A stretch of DNA of 55,249 nucleotides from a virus. Lineage: Duplodnaviria > Caudoviricetes. The translations under genes and the position numbers were made by a program. The notes under the pieces are model-generated. The model saw only the letters and a list, made by a program, of their open reading frames with translations, was not told the origin of the DNA and ran no database searches. Every line of letters starts with the position of its first letter. Positions within the stretch are counted from its first letter, which is position 1. Positions 25,079-34,830 of the stretch are shown here, one piece after another. The stretch is from positions 1 through 55,249 of the IMG/VR virus record IMGVR_UViG_3300032296_001930. One strand, 5' to 3'.

Positions 25079-27269
25079 GGACATCTCCGATATCCGCGCT
25101 GATGATGATCTTGCCGGTCTGGTAGTCACCTCCGACCACATTCGAGCGGAACTGAAGGCGCAACTCGCGGCGCTGCTCCTTCATGTCGATCTTGTTCGTG
25201 TTGCCGTCGAAGACATACGGGTCTGATGGCGCATCCTGCGACTGTGCGTAGGGTCGGCCGGTGACGATCAACTCCATCTCGCCTTGCATCAGGAAGTCAG
25301 GCTCCACGCGCTCCACGCGCAGCCAGCGGTTGGCACCTTCCATAGCAGGCTGAGACGGCCCGCCAGTAACCCAGCCGAGGTCGTTGGTCTCGAAGTAGGA
25401 CTCGATGGCCTCCACATTCTGGCCATCGATAGCATCGACGCCGATCTCGTGCTGGAAAACCTGAATCCGGTTGGGCGGCAACGAGAAGGTCAGGAGAACC
25501 GCGCCGGTACCCGTAGCAGCGGCGGACATCTCAATGGCCTGAGCGTACAAAGCCGTCACCGGCACGGAGAAACCGGCTCCCGCGCCGCCCAAATTGGTGT
25601 TGCTGGCGCTCAAGACATCGCCAACCTCATATCCAGCACCTCGGGCGGTGACCGTGACCGTGGCCACAGCGCCACCAACCACCGCAATGGTGGCCTCGGC
25701 GTTCGCGCCGCTACCGCCGGTCAAAGGGACATTGGTGTACACCCCGTTGGTGTAGCCAGATCCCGGGGTGATGGTGCCCAAGGTCTTGATGTTCGAACTG
25801 GTGATGGCCACCACCGTGGTGCCAGTCGGAATGTTTGAGCCAGAGATGACCTGATTGATGGCCACCTGCGTGTTGTAGGTGTCGAGATATAGGAATTCGC
25901 TGCCGGTCACCTCGTTGAATGTGCCGGTAAAAACAACCTCATCAGGCAGGGTGACCCATGACGCTTCAATCGGGTACGCGAACACCTGCGAGAAGTATCC
26001 GGCAGAGCGGCGAGCGCCAAGCGCCTGACCGGCGTCGTACCAGATCTGCTCGCGGACATTGAAGACGATGGCGTCCGTGCATTCGGTTGCATCACCGCGG
26101 GGGTAAAACCACCAGATCTCGCCGTAGCGGGGCACCTTCGTCGCCCAGACCTTCTGACGCTGAACATAGTTCAGGTTGTCGAAGAAGTAGTTCTGGTTCA
26201 TGTCGTTCGGGATCTCCTTGACCGTACCGTTGTACAGCAGGAAGCGATCCGTGCCGATCCAGTAGTAGATGCCGTCGTACTCGATGGCGCACTGGGATGA
26301 CATGATGGAGGTTTGCGACGAGATGATGTCGTAGCGCCAGTATTGAGGAGGGGTTCCGGTGCCGCCGATGTAGGAGACTCGGATCAGGCTGTCCACGCTC
26401 CAGAAGAGGCCAGAGGGCGCGTTTGAACCCCCGCGCACAGGCAGACCTTGGACGATCTTGCCGGTGGCCACATTGACCTCGTTGGCGTCCGCAGAGACCC
26501 AGTCCGTCGGGTCACCCGCAGAGCAGTTCTTGATCAGCCCGGCGTTGCCGTACACGAACACATACGGGTGCAGCGAGACCACACCTCCAGACACCGAGAT
26601 GTTGTTGTTGAAGGTGTAGGTCTGCACGCCCAGCACGGTCGTGGCGTTGGACAGAACCACCGAGGTCGTGGAAACAGAAACCACGGTCGTGTTCGCTGGC
26701 ACGCCGGTGCCGGTCACGGTCTGGCCTGCTCCGATGCGAATGTCGGCCGCCGCCAGTGTGATCGTCGTGGTGTTGTTCGAGGTTGCCGATGCCGAGAAGA
26801 CCCCGATCTGGCTCATCGTGGTGCCGGTGATGTCACCGATCAGCACCGGGGTGTTGTTGTCCTCGTCGATGGCCACGAGGTTCTGCCCGGGGTGCGCCAG
26901 CAGGTTGTTGATCTCGCCGGTGACCGAATAGAAGCCGTCGAACTGCCACAGGTTCAGAGCAGAGGCAGTGAAGTTGTTCAGCGTGAAATTGGCCACACCC
27001 GAGCCGACGCCGTTGTCGTCGATGGTGAGAACCTGAAGCCCGCTGGAGTATCCCGAGAAGATCGAGGTGAAGTTGTTCTTGGCGTTGACCCAGATGCCCC
27101 GAGAAGGCCCGAGCAACTGATCAGAGATCACCCGGTAGCCGAGCATCTTGCGCGGCCGTCCGCGCTGAAACCTTACCCACCGACCGTCGTTGTAGAACAA
27201 CTTGTCGAAGAGCGTGCCATCCCGCTGGATGCCAGCCTTGGTGTCAAGCGCGAAGACCTTTGCTGTCAT
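25068..27269 (-). CDS. Tail tubular/stabilisation (nozzle, P22 gp10-like) protein with inserted beta-rich domains
   Basis: GI.RDGT...VRF..G.P.K..G N-terminus, EIWWFYP motif, position in tail block. Confidence 0.7.
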   Translation of the reverse strand: MTAKVFALDTKAGIQRDGTLFDKLFYNDGRWVRFQRGRPRKMLGYRVISDQLLGPSRGIWVNAKNNFTSIFSGYSSGLQVLTIDDNGVGSGVANFTLNNFTASALNLWQFDGFYSVTGEINNLLAHPGQNLVAIDEDNNTPVLIGDITGTTMSQIGVFSASATSNNTTTITLAAADIRIGAGQTVTGTGVPANTTVVSVSTTSVVLSNATTVLGVQTYTFNNNISVSGGVVSLHPYVFVYGNAGLIKNCSAGDPTDWVSADANEVNVATGKIVQGLPVRGGSNAPSGLFWSVDSLIRVSYIGGTGTPPQYWRYDIISSQTSIMSSQCAIEYDGIYYWIGTDRFLLYNGTVKEIPNDMNQNYFFDNLNYVQRQKVWATKVPRYGEIWWFYPRGDATECTDAIVFNVREQIWYDAGQALGARRSAGYFSQVFAYPIEASWVTLPDEVVFTGTFNEVTGSEFLYLDTYNTQVAINQVISGSNIPTGTTVVAITSSNIKTLGTITPGSGYTNGVYTNVPLTGGSGANAEATIAVVGGAVATVTVTARGAGYEVGDVLSASNTNLGGAGAGFSVPVTALYAQAIEMSAAATGTGAVLLTFSLPPNRIQVFQHEIGVDAIDGQNVEAIESYFETNDLGWVTGGPSQPAMEGANRWLRVERVEPDFLMQGEMELIVTGRPYAQSQDAPSDPYVFDGNTNKIDMKEQRRELRLQFRSNVVGGDYQTGKIIISADIGDVRGY

Positions 27270-28504
27270 CAGAATGCCCCGCCAGAAACACCCCCAGTGA
27301 AGGTGCCGGTACCCGTGATCAGAAGACCTGTGGCGCTGAGTCTAAACCGTTGCGTGGCCAAGACGGCAATCGCAAACTCGCCCGAACCAGCGCGGTAGAT
27401 ACCCGTGGAGGTCTCAGAGGCAAAGTTCAGAGAGGGCGCACCGACGGTGCCGTCCACCAGCGAGACATTCACCGCACCGGCGGCAATCGTCGAGGCGTTG
27501 AGCAAGTTCACTGAGTCACACAGCAGAATCACCTGCTGGCCAGCGGGAACAGTTGCAGTGGCCCCGCCAGCGCCGGTCGTAAAAGTAATCTGATATCCCG
27601 CGCCGGTGCCATCGGTCTGGTTCGTGATGTAGTAGACCTGAATGGTCTGCGGCAGCACAACCGTCACATTGCCAGAGAGCGTGCCGGTGTACTTCTGAAC
27701 CACATTGGCCGCTTCGGAGGCCGTTAGGGTGTAACTGCCGCTGACCACTGCTTTGGTCAACTGGGTGAAGTTGAACTGGGTCGAGCGGCCAAGGCCCACC
27801 GTGAAGAAGGCAGCACCCGAGCAGACGATGAAGGCTGAGTCAGCGGGCTGCAAGGCAATGCTGGCAGCGCCGTTGATCAGGCCCGAGGCAGGAGACACCG
27901 TAAGGGTGCCGGTTCCAGAGTTGCGAACCATCAGGAACCAGTCGTTGCCCAGCGTAGTGGCAGCCGTCAGCGTCAAGGTTCCCGAGCCGCTCGTCCAGAC
28001 ATAGGTCGAAGCCCGGTCGGAATCCAACGCGGTGTAGTTCGACGAGAAGGTCTGAACCGTGTGAGATTGGTTCAGCGTGGTCGTCAGGGCCTTCAGGCCG
28101 TAACCGGCAAGGCTCGCAGCGTCCGCGGTCGAGGAACCCACGCCAAAGGCGATCACGCCCCATGTACCGGCAGCGGTGCTGTTGGTGGTGATGTAGATGT
28201 ACTTCGCCTCGCCTGCGGCCACAGAGACGATGGTGTTACCGTCGTAGTCCGCGACCGTGAAGGTGTTAGCCCCGACATTTCGGATCAGGGCATCTTGGCC
28301 CACCGAGGTCTGGTTGGCCGGAGGCATCTCCAGCCGCAGGCTCCCGGCCGTAGCCGTCACATTCATGATCCGGGCGGCATAGTCGTTCGTCGCGGATCCG
28401 TTGATGGGCCACTGAAGTTGGGTATTGGCGGACAGCGTGATAGCGCGAAACGAAACATCGGTCGGCTGGATCACATTGCCGGTGAATGGCGATATGAAAC
28501 TCAT
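27269..28504 (-). CDS. Tail structural protein
   Basis: 411 aa, Thr/Ser/Gly-rich beta protein. Confidence 0.65.
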   Translation of the reverse strand: MSFISPFTGNVIQPTDVSFRAITLSANTQLQWPINGSATNDYAARIMNVTATAGSLRLEMPPANQTSVGQDALIRNVGANTFTVADYDGNTIVSVAAGEAKYIYITTNSTAAGTWGVIAFGVGSSTADAASLAGYGLKALTTTLNQSHTVQTFSSNYTALDSDRASTYVWTSGSGTLTLTAATTLGNDWFLMVRNSGTGTLTVSPASGLINGAASIALQPADSAFIVCSGAAFFTVGLGRSTQFNFTQLTKAVVSGSYTLTASEAANVVQKYTGTLSGNVTVVLPQTIQVYYITNQTDGTGAGYQITFTTGAGGATATVPAGQQVILLCDSVNLLNASTIAAGAVNVSLVDGTVGAPSLNFASETSTGIYRAGSGEFAIAVLATQRFRLSATGLLITGTGTFTGGVSGGAF

Positions 28505-29136
28505 GAATCCCTCACAACGGTTTGACGGTCACCGACCCGGGCGACATCCTCGGTCTTGAGGACTTCCATGATCTGCGTGTACTGGGTTTGCCACATCCCC
28601 ATGCGCTCGTCGTTCTTGAGGAACGGCATGGCCTGAAGCAGGGAGCCATACAGCATGGCCTGCGGCGCGTACTCGGTGAACCAATTGGACTGGTTGGACG
28701 AATCCAGAGGCTGCACGCGCTCGTAGTAGAGAACCTCGAAGGTGTAGGCGGCAGCCGGTGTCGGGGCGACCAGCCAGTGGGTGTAGTCGTAGTCGCAGTA
28801 GAACTTCGGCACATCCACCTCGGCGGCCTCTGGCCAGTACTCTCGGAGGTACTCGTACTTGCGAAGCAGCACCGGGGTCTTCACGCCGCCGACCGTGACA
28901 TTCATCGAGACGGTCTTGCGCCAGCGGGCGGGCTTGTCAATCACCGGCTCGCCCTGAACCATGGTGGACTCGACCACAGTCAGGTTGCCGAGGAACTTCA
29001 GTTCAGACGCAATCACCTGCTCCGCGAGCATGATGAACTGCGGAATCTTCTCGATGGTCGCTTGGTCAGTTCGTTCGAGATAGGTCTCGATGTCATTGAC
29101 CAGCGAGTCGTAGGTCATTACGGCTGCTGCTGGCAT
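28501..29136 (-). CDS. Tail tubular protein A / head-tail adaptor
   Basis: MTY..L...I..YLER...FI..AE...APTP...Y...YY...NW....P...LYG.L..A..FLK pattern. Confidence 0.7.
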   Translation of the reverse strand: MPAAAVMTYDSLVNDIETYLERTDQATIEKIPQFIMLAEQVIASELKFLGNLTVVESTMVQGEPVIDKPARWRKTVSMNVTVGGVKTPVLLRKYEYLREYWPEAAEVDVPKFYCDYDYTHWLVAPTPAAAYTFEVLYYERVQPLDSSNQSNWFTEYAPQAMLYGSLLQAMPFLKNDERMGMWQTQYTQIMEVLKTEDVARVGDRQTVVRDS

Positions 29137-29528
29137 CACCACACCTTTTTCTTGATCGATTCGGGCTGCGGGACAAACTGCTTGCCCTCTCGCATTCCTT
29201 CTCGTTTGGCTCGCGTGGTTGCCGCGTATTCAGAAGGGGTTAACTTCTCTCGTGCCTTTTTCGGCAGGTATCGCTCGCCTGTTGCTTCAGATCCTTGGGT
29301 GGACGGCTTTCCAGACTTCGTGCCCCAGTCCTCTTTCGTCCACTTTGAGAGCGAATTATCCGCTCTCTTGGGGCCTTTGTAACCTCCGCCCGAGGCTTTG
29401 TACTTCTGGGTGGCCAGTTGCGCCTTGCGGGCGCTCCATTGGCCCGGAGAGCCGCCCTTCCCGCTGGCCTTGACCTGCGAGACGATGCGCTTCCACTTGG
29501 AGGGGTCGGACTTGGTTGCTGCGCTCAT
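29136..29528 (-). CDS. Small basic protein, DUF5872-like
   Basis: WSARKAQL..QKYK..GGGY...SLSKWTKEDWGTKSGKPS..TGERYLP. Confidence 0.6.
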   Translation of the reverse strand: MSAATKSDPSKWKRIVSQVKASGKGGSPGQWSARKAQLATQKYKASGGGYKGPKRADNSLSKWTKEDWGTKSGKPSTQGSEATGERYLPKKAREKLTPSEYAATTRAKREGMREGKQFVPQPESIKKKVW

Positions 29529-29993
29529 TTAGGCCCCCATGATCGAGATCTCGGCGTCGCGACGGCGAACCAAGCCGGGCAGCACCCGCCCGCCCCCGCG
29601 AACCCAAAGTTGCAACTGCTCTTTGGCCCCCTCCCAGTCCTGCGCGTTGATCTTGCGCCGCAGGGTCGAGGTTTGGAGCCGCCCCACACCGAGGTTGTAC
29701 GCAAAATCCACAATGGCGTTCAACTTGCCCCAGTCCCCGGCGGTCATCGCCAGAGTCAGCAGGATCGGGCACTGGCGGATCGTGCCCGGGGCGTAGGTGT
29801 GCATCAATTCATAGGCCAGCAGGGCGCGAGCGGTAGGCTCGTCCATGGGGGCGTCCTCAAGGGTCACCCGGCGGCCGTTGGAGTACACCGTCGATCCGTA
29901 GCCGATGGTGGGAACACCGGCCGGGCACAGGTAGGGCTTTGAGCGGAATCCCTCAAAGCGCCTGCACAGTTCCTCTGCCAGCGTCAGGTTCAT
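29529..29993 (-). CDS. Endolysin, GH24 lysozyme
   Basis: FEG....Y.CPAGVPTIGYG.T, FAYNLG, W...GG..LPGLVRRR..E. Confidence 0.92.
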   Translation of the reverse strand: MNLTLAEELCRRFEGFRSKPYLCPAGVPTIGYGSTVYSNGRRVTLEDAPMDEPTARALLAYELMHTYAPGTIRQCPILLTLAMTAGDWGKLNAIVDFAYNLGVGRLQTSTLRRKINAQDWEGAKEQLQLWVRGGGRVLPGLVRRRDAEISIMGA

Positions 29994-30487
29994 GCAAGCC
30001 CCCGTTTCGCAAGGGTGCGGTCGAGGAACCAGTAATTGATCGTGCCGGAAACCAGCGCGGTGAAGTCGGCGCTCATCATGGTCATGAAGACCTCCTTGGG
30101 AGGAGCGCCAGCCAGCCATGCGTTCCAAGCGAACCAGACATGGATGAACGACCAGATGAAGATCACCCAGTAGGTAACCACGGGACGGACAGAGGCGGAG
30201 AGTTTGGCGGCCCAGCCACCTGCGGCCTTGACCATCTCGGCCTGCTGATCGATGGCGGACTTGAAGGCGTCCATGACCCCGGTGTCGATGGCCATGTCGC
30301 GCTGCGCCCCGATCTCCTCCAGCCGGATCTGGCCGCGGACTTTTTCGAGGTCGCACTGCTTGTCGAACATCGCCAGTTCATGCTGGCGCTCGTTCTTCTT
30401 GTCGAAGTACTTCAGAACCTCGGGCGCAAGACGAAAAATGCCCCCGAGAAGGGAGCCGAAGATTCCACCACCGAGGATCTCAAACAT
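29990..30487 (-). CDS. Holin-like membrane protein
   Basis: SVRPV.TY plus hydrophobic helices, WF..R terminus; adjacent to lysozyme. Confidence 0.65.
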   Translation of the reverse strand: MFEILGGGIFGSLLGGIFRLAPEVLKYFDKKNERQHELAMFDKQCDLEKVRGQIRLEEIGAQRDMAIDTGVMDAFKSAIDQQAEMVKAAGGWAAKLSASVRPVVTYWVIFIWSFIHVWFAWNAWLAGAPPKEVFMTMMSADFTALVSGTINYWFLDRTLAKRGLA

Positions 30488-30762
30488 CACTTACTTCCCT
30501 TCAGAAATTTCTCCCGCTCCTCAAGGAGTTTGACCTTCACCTGAAGGTCGTTGATCTGAACCATCAACTGCTCTTTCAGGATCGCTCTGCGCTCGGCAGA
30601 GATGGGGCTGTCGGTCGGGATGCCCTCTTTGGTGATCAGAGCGGGCATCTGCCCCTCGATCTTGGTCAGACGCTCTGAAAACGAGTTCACCTGCCCAAGT
30701 AGCCATGCAATACAGGCCACTACGATGGGGATGACTGCTTTCAGGACATCAGACCAGTTCAT
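30487..30762 (-). CDS. Membrane-anchored coiled-coil protein (lysis region)
   Basis: N-terminal TM helix plus coiled coil. Confidence 0.65.
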   Translation of the reverse strand: MNWSDVLKAVIPIVVACIAWLLGQVNSFSERLTKIEGQMPALITKEGIPTDSPISAERRAILKEQLMVQINDLQVKVKLLEEREKFLKGSK

Positions 30763-30980
30763 TTGTCTGCCTTGTTGTCCAGTTTGTTGAAGATCTGCTT
30801 GCAGATGTCCTTCAACTCGTCGATGTCACGGTGGTAATCCTCCTTCGTGACATAGGTGTGCGGCATGGCACGCACATCAGAGTCCAAGCGCTCGATGGCC
30901 TTCGTGATGTTGTTGAGAACCCAGCCGCCGAAAAAGGCGGCGATCCCCACCACGATGTTGAAGATCGCCTGTGTTTCCAT
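30759..30980 (-). CDS. Membrane-anchored coiled-coil protein (lysis region)
   Basis: N-terminal TM, YV.K.D, KLD.KADK end. Confidence 0.7.
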   Translation of the reverse strand: METQAIFNIVVGIAAFFGGWVLNNITKAIERLDSDVRAMPHTYVTKEDYHRDIDELKDICKQIFNKLDNKADK

Positions 30981-30982
30981 CG

Positions 30983-31147
30983 TTACTCCGCAGGAGCCTC
31001 GTCCTGAACGGGCTTGACTTGCGCCTCAGCCTCTTTCTGGATGCCGTTGATCAAGTTCGCCACTTCGACGAAGGGGCGGCTGCCAAGGTATTGCAGGACT
31101 GCGTTGACCAAGCCAAGGGTCAGTTTGATTTCGGTCTTGTCGTTCAT
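30983..31147 (-). CDS. 54-aa hypothetical protein (MNDKTEIKLTL...)
   Basis: Translated by hand; AAGGA SD; L..L...PF.EV..LI..I motif typical after tail fibres. Confidence 0.7.
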   Translation of the reverse strand: MNDKTEIKLTLGLVNAVLQYLGSRPFVEVANLINGIQKEAEAQVKPVQDEAPAE

Positions 31148-31169
31148 GGGTTTCCTTTCGGGGTTGTGG

Positions 31170-31496
31170 TTAAGCGGTCCAAGGCAGGGGGGTATTTTGC
31201 GGGGAAACGGGGGGCGTGATCATGGAGTTGATCTGCCCTTGCACGTTAGCCTCAAAGTTGGCGATGCCATCCGGCCCCAAGGAGTCCTGCACCCACCCGA
31301 TGACTTGCGCCTGGGTGAGTTGGTCGTAGGGCGTGAAGGTGCCTTCCTGCACGGTGAATTGAGAGTTGCCGCCGATGGATGCGGTGTACTGCCCGTCCAC
31401 GCCGGTCAGCGTCCAAAGAACATTGACCACAAACCCCGGCTCAGGGGTGTCGAGGGTGTACATCTGATCAATCGTCCATGTGTAAGTCGTAGCCAT
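31170..31496 (-). CDS. Tail-fibre-associated protein
   Basis: YTWTI...V.W...G.....FTPY.QLT..QVIGWV...LPW pattern. Confidence 0.65.
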   Translation of the reverse strand: MATTYTWTIDQMYTLDTPEPGFVVNVLWTLTGVDGQYTASIGGNSQFTVQEGTFTPYDQLTQAQVIGWVQDSLGPDGIANFEANVQGQINSMITPPVSPQNTPLPWTA

Positions 31497-31498
31497 TT

Positions 31499-34400
31499 TT
31501 AGTTTCCTTTCAGGGTTGCAAGTTCGGCTTTCACCGAGTCGAGTTCAGTTTTGAGTTCTTGGATAGCTTTGACCAGCACAGGAATCAATGTGTCACGGCT
31601 AACCCCAAGAGACTTTTTGGCTTTCTCTTGCGGTGTGTCAGCTTCATCAAACTCAATTTCCTCACCAGTAACCGCTTCTGGAATTACGTCTCGCAGTTCT
31701 TGAGCAATAAAACCAATGTCATTTTTCCCAGAGGCGTTGTATGTGTACCGACGCGGTTTAATTTTCATAATAGCGTCTAGCCCGTAATCCACATCTACGA
31801 TGTTTTGCTTTAACCTACGGTCCGAAGCAAATGACCACGCAGTAAAGTTTTGACCAACATAAGCATAATTTGAAGCATCGGCGTCAAATAAGTACCAATT
31901 TGAGGTGTCAGAAGCTATACTCCAATACTTGGTATTAGAACTATTCCTAAATGAAATCCCCGAAGTATCAGAAGCACTGTTTCCTTGTATATTCCACGAT
32001 GTATCTGAACCTGTAGCATCGCGCCACATCCGTGGATTCCCATCCCCATCCGACAGCACGATGTAGTTGTTGGCAGTGCGGATGTCGAGGCCACCTTGGT
32101 TGCCTGTGTAGCCACCAAGGATGGTGTTCTTAGAGCCTGTGGTCATGGCAGAACCGCAACCGTTTGAAGCGCCCACAAGAAGAGAGCCGACAAAAGTGTT
32201 TGAACTTCCAGTCGATAACAGTCCACTAAGAGGGCCAACCATACAGTTGCCACCATTAGTCGTCAACGCACTGCCTGCTCCGTTACCAATTAATACGTTG
32301 TATGTTCCTGTAGTATTTGCATACCCCGCCTGATAACCCACAGCAGTGTTGTAAGAGGCAGTGGTGTTGGAGACAAGAGAAAAGTAACCAAGGGCTGTGT
32401 TGTTTGAGCCAGTGGTGTTGCTTCCTAATGCGTTGTTGCTGTAGGCAGCGTTGTAAGAACCTGTCGTGTTTGACGACATAGTTCCTTGACCCATTGAGGT
32501 ATTTTCAGTTCCTGTTGTGTTTAAAAACAAAGAACGATAGCCAACAGCCGTGTTAAATGAGGCGGTTGTATTTCTAGCCAATGCGCCAGCACCCACTGCT
32601 GTGTTGTAACTGCCTGTAGTATTTGACCCGCCAGCACCAAATGATGTTGATTCCCATCCACCAAGAAAAGCGTTGAAAGTACCTGTTGAATTAGAATAAC
32701 CGGCTTGCGAACCTACAAATGTGTTTACACCAGTAGTATTGTTATACCCCGCCTGATAACCAACAGCAGTGTTGTTGGATGCGGTGGTGTTGCCGTATAA
32801 GCTATAAGCCCCAAGCGCAGTGTTATAAGAGCCGCTGTTGACAAGCAGTGACTCAGCACCAACTGCCGTGTTTTCCAATACGTTTTGAGTGGTGTTATTT
32901 GGCATCCTCAGGGCCAAATAGCCGAGCGCCGTATTTTTATTGTACTGCCCTGTTGTGTTGCCTGTCAGTTGCATAGCCGCACCGCCAAGGGCTACGTTGA
33001 ACTGAAGATTTCCAATTGTTGTAGCATTGGCCTGCAATGCAAAGTGACCGATTGCCGTGTTTTCAGTTACGTTAGCCGTTGTTGCGCTACCTAACTGCAT
33101 AGCGACATAACCTACGGCTGTTGAATACGAGGCATCGGCTGTTGTTGCATTAGCCAGTAGCATTGCCTGAGAGCCAATTGCTGTCGTAAATGCAGACTCA
33201 GTATCCGAGCCGTATCGAGCCTGATAGCCAACAGCAGTGTTGTTTGAAGCTGTGGTGTTGGAGCCGAGAGCAGATCGCCCAACTGCTGTGTTGAAGTTGC
33301 CCGTTGTATTAGCAAGAAGCGAACTGTCGCCCATCGCTGTGTTCAAGGCACCAGTAGTGTTGAAATACAGGGCTTGATTTCCAACAGAGGCGTTGTTGTA
33401 CCCAGTGGTGTTGGAGTACGAAGCCTGATAACCAACAGCAGTGTTGTTGGAAGCGGTGGTGTTGGACAGCAGGGATTGATACCCAAGAGCAGTGTTGTTA
33501 CTACCACTGCTCAAACCATACAAGGAACCAGCACCAATGCCAGTGTTGTAGTTTCCAACGCTTGCAGTTGTAAATGGGCCAGACAATTGACCAAAATAAG
33601 AGTTGCCCGTACCAGTGGTTACGTTGTACCCAGCCTGATAACCAACAGCAGTGTTGTTGGATGCGGTAGTGTTGGAGAAAAGCGAGTTATGACCAAATGC
33701 TGTATTATTAGCACCTGATGTATTAAAACGTAAAGTATTTGTTCCTGCGCCAGTATTAAAACTTCCTGTGCTTGCGTACAGAACTTGATGGCCTAATGCT
33801 GTATTTTCTGAGCCTGTAATATTTGTACGAAGTGCGTTTGTACCAAATGCTACGTTTGAGCCGCCAGTTGTATTTGAAAGAAGCGCACTATTTCCAAACG
33901 CATTATTTTCAATACCACTCGTATTCGCCGCCAAAGCACTCGCACCCACCGCAGTGTTGGTAGACACAGCACCTGCGCCACGGCCTACGGTGATGCCGTA
34001 GACGGTCAGGTCAGTGCCGCTGAACTGAAGGTTGACGGATTGACCGATAGCGCTCGTAGACGAGGCGTAGAAGACCTGATTCGCAGAGAACGAGGTCAGG
34101 CCCGTGCCGCCGTTCGTGGTGGCCAGCGTACCGGCCACAGTGATCGCGCCGGAGGTGGCGGTGCTCGGGGTCAGGCCCGTGGTTCCAAAACTTAGGGTCG
34201 TGACGGCCACGCCGGTCAGGGTAGACCACTGCGGAGCCGTACCGGTGGAGGTCAGGATCTGGCCAGCGGTGCCAATCGACAGGAAGGTCGTAGCACCTGC
34301 GCCAGACTGGTAGGGAACCGATCCAGCAGCGCCGCCAGCGAGGTTATTGGCCGTTGAGACCGTCACCGCCGAGGGGGCCGACCACTGGGGCACAGAACCC

Positions 34401-34819
34401 GTGGAGGTCAGGATGTAGGTGTTCAGGCCGATGCCCAACTTCGCGAGCGTGTTCGAGCCGCTGGCGTACACCAGATCGCCGGTGGTGTAGGAGTTTAGCC
34501 CCGTGCCGCCGAAGGTCTCATCCAGTGCGTTGGTGAGGTTCAGGGTGTTGATCGTCGCCGTGGTGCCGTTGAAGGTGAAGTTCGCCGAGCCAGCCAGAGC
34601 GCCGCTGCTGTTGTACTGAACCTGCGTGTTCGAGCCGCCGATGGTTCCAGTGCCTTTGGTCGCGATCACCTGCACCGTGCCGCCGTTGTCCTTGTAGAAC
34701 AACTTGCCGTCGGTGATGTTGATGGCCAGTTCCCCGTTGTTCAGGTTCCCCGCCGTCGGCGCGGCCGAGGCAGTGGTCGTGTGATACAGAATGATCGGGG
34801 TGAAGTTGGTTGCAGCCAT
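31499..34819 (-). CDS. Tail fibre/spike with NTAVG repeats and C-terminal intramolecular chaperone (peptidase S74)
   Basis: Many NTAxG repeats; SDRRLKQNI...GFIAQE...PEAV...LVKAIQEL. Confidence 0.88.
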   Translation of the reverse strand: MAATNFTPIILYHTTTASAAPTAGNLNNGELAINITDGKLFYKDNGGTVQVIATKGTGTIGGSNTQVQYNSSGALAGSANFTFNGTTATINTLNLTNALDETFGGTGLNSYTTGDLVYASGSNTLAKLGIGLNTYILTSTGSVPQWSAPSAVTVSTANNLAGGAAGSVPYQSGAGATTFLSIGTAGQILTSTGTAPQWSTLTGVAVTTLSFGTTGLTPSTATSGAITVAGTLATTNGGTGLTSFSANQVFYASSTSAIGQSVNLQFSGTDLTVYGITVGRGAGAVSTNTAVGASALAANTSGIENNAFGNSALLSNTTGGSNVAFGTNALRTNITGSENTALGHQVLYASTGSFNTGAGTNTLRFNTSGANNTAFGHNSLFSNTTASNNTAVGYQAGYNVTTGTGNSYFGQLSGPFTTASVGNYNTGIGAGSLYGLSSGSNNTALGYQSLLSNTTASNNTAVGYQASYSNTTGYNNASVGNQALYFNTTGALNTAMGDSSLLANTTGNFNTAVGRSALGSNTTASNNTAVGYQARYGSDTESAFTTAIGSQAMLLANATTADASYSTAVGYVAMQLGSATTANVTENTAIGHFALQANATTIGNLQFNVALGGAAMQLTGNTTGQYNKNTALGYLALRMPNNTTQNVLENTAVGAESLLVNSGSYNTALGAYSLYGNTTASNNTAVGYQAGYNNTTGVNTFVGSQAGYSNSTGTFNAFLGGWESTSFGAGGSNTTGSYNTAVGAGALARNTTASFNTAVGYRSLFLNTTGTENTSMGQGTMSSNTTGSYNAAYSNNALGSNTTGSNNTALGYFSLVSNTTASYNTAVGYQAGYANTTGTYNVLIGNGAGSALTTNGGNCMVGPLSGLLSTGSSNTFVGSLLVGASNGCGSAMTTGSKNTILGGYTGNQGGLDIRTANNYIVLSDGDGNPRMWRDATGSDTSWNIQGNSASDTSGISFRNSSNTKYWSIASDTSNWYLFDADASNYAYVGQNFTAWSFASDRRLKQNIVDVDYGLDAIMKIKPRRYTYNASGKNDIGFIAQELRDVIPEAVTGEEIEFDEADTPQEKAKKSLGVSRDTLIPVLVKAIQELKTELDSVKAELATLKGN

Positions 34820-34830
34820 GTCGTTTTCCT

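Noticed and set aside
31499-33960. Diversity-generating retroelement or invertible fibre cassette
   Set aside because: No reverse transcriptase or invertase recognised, and no TR/VR pair differing only at adenines
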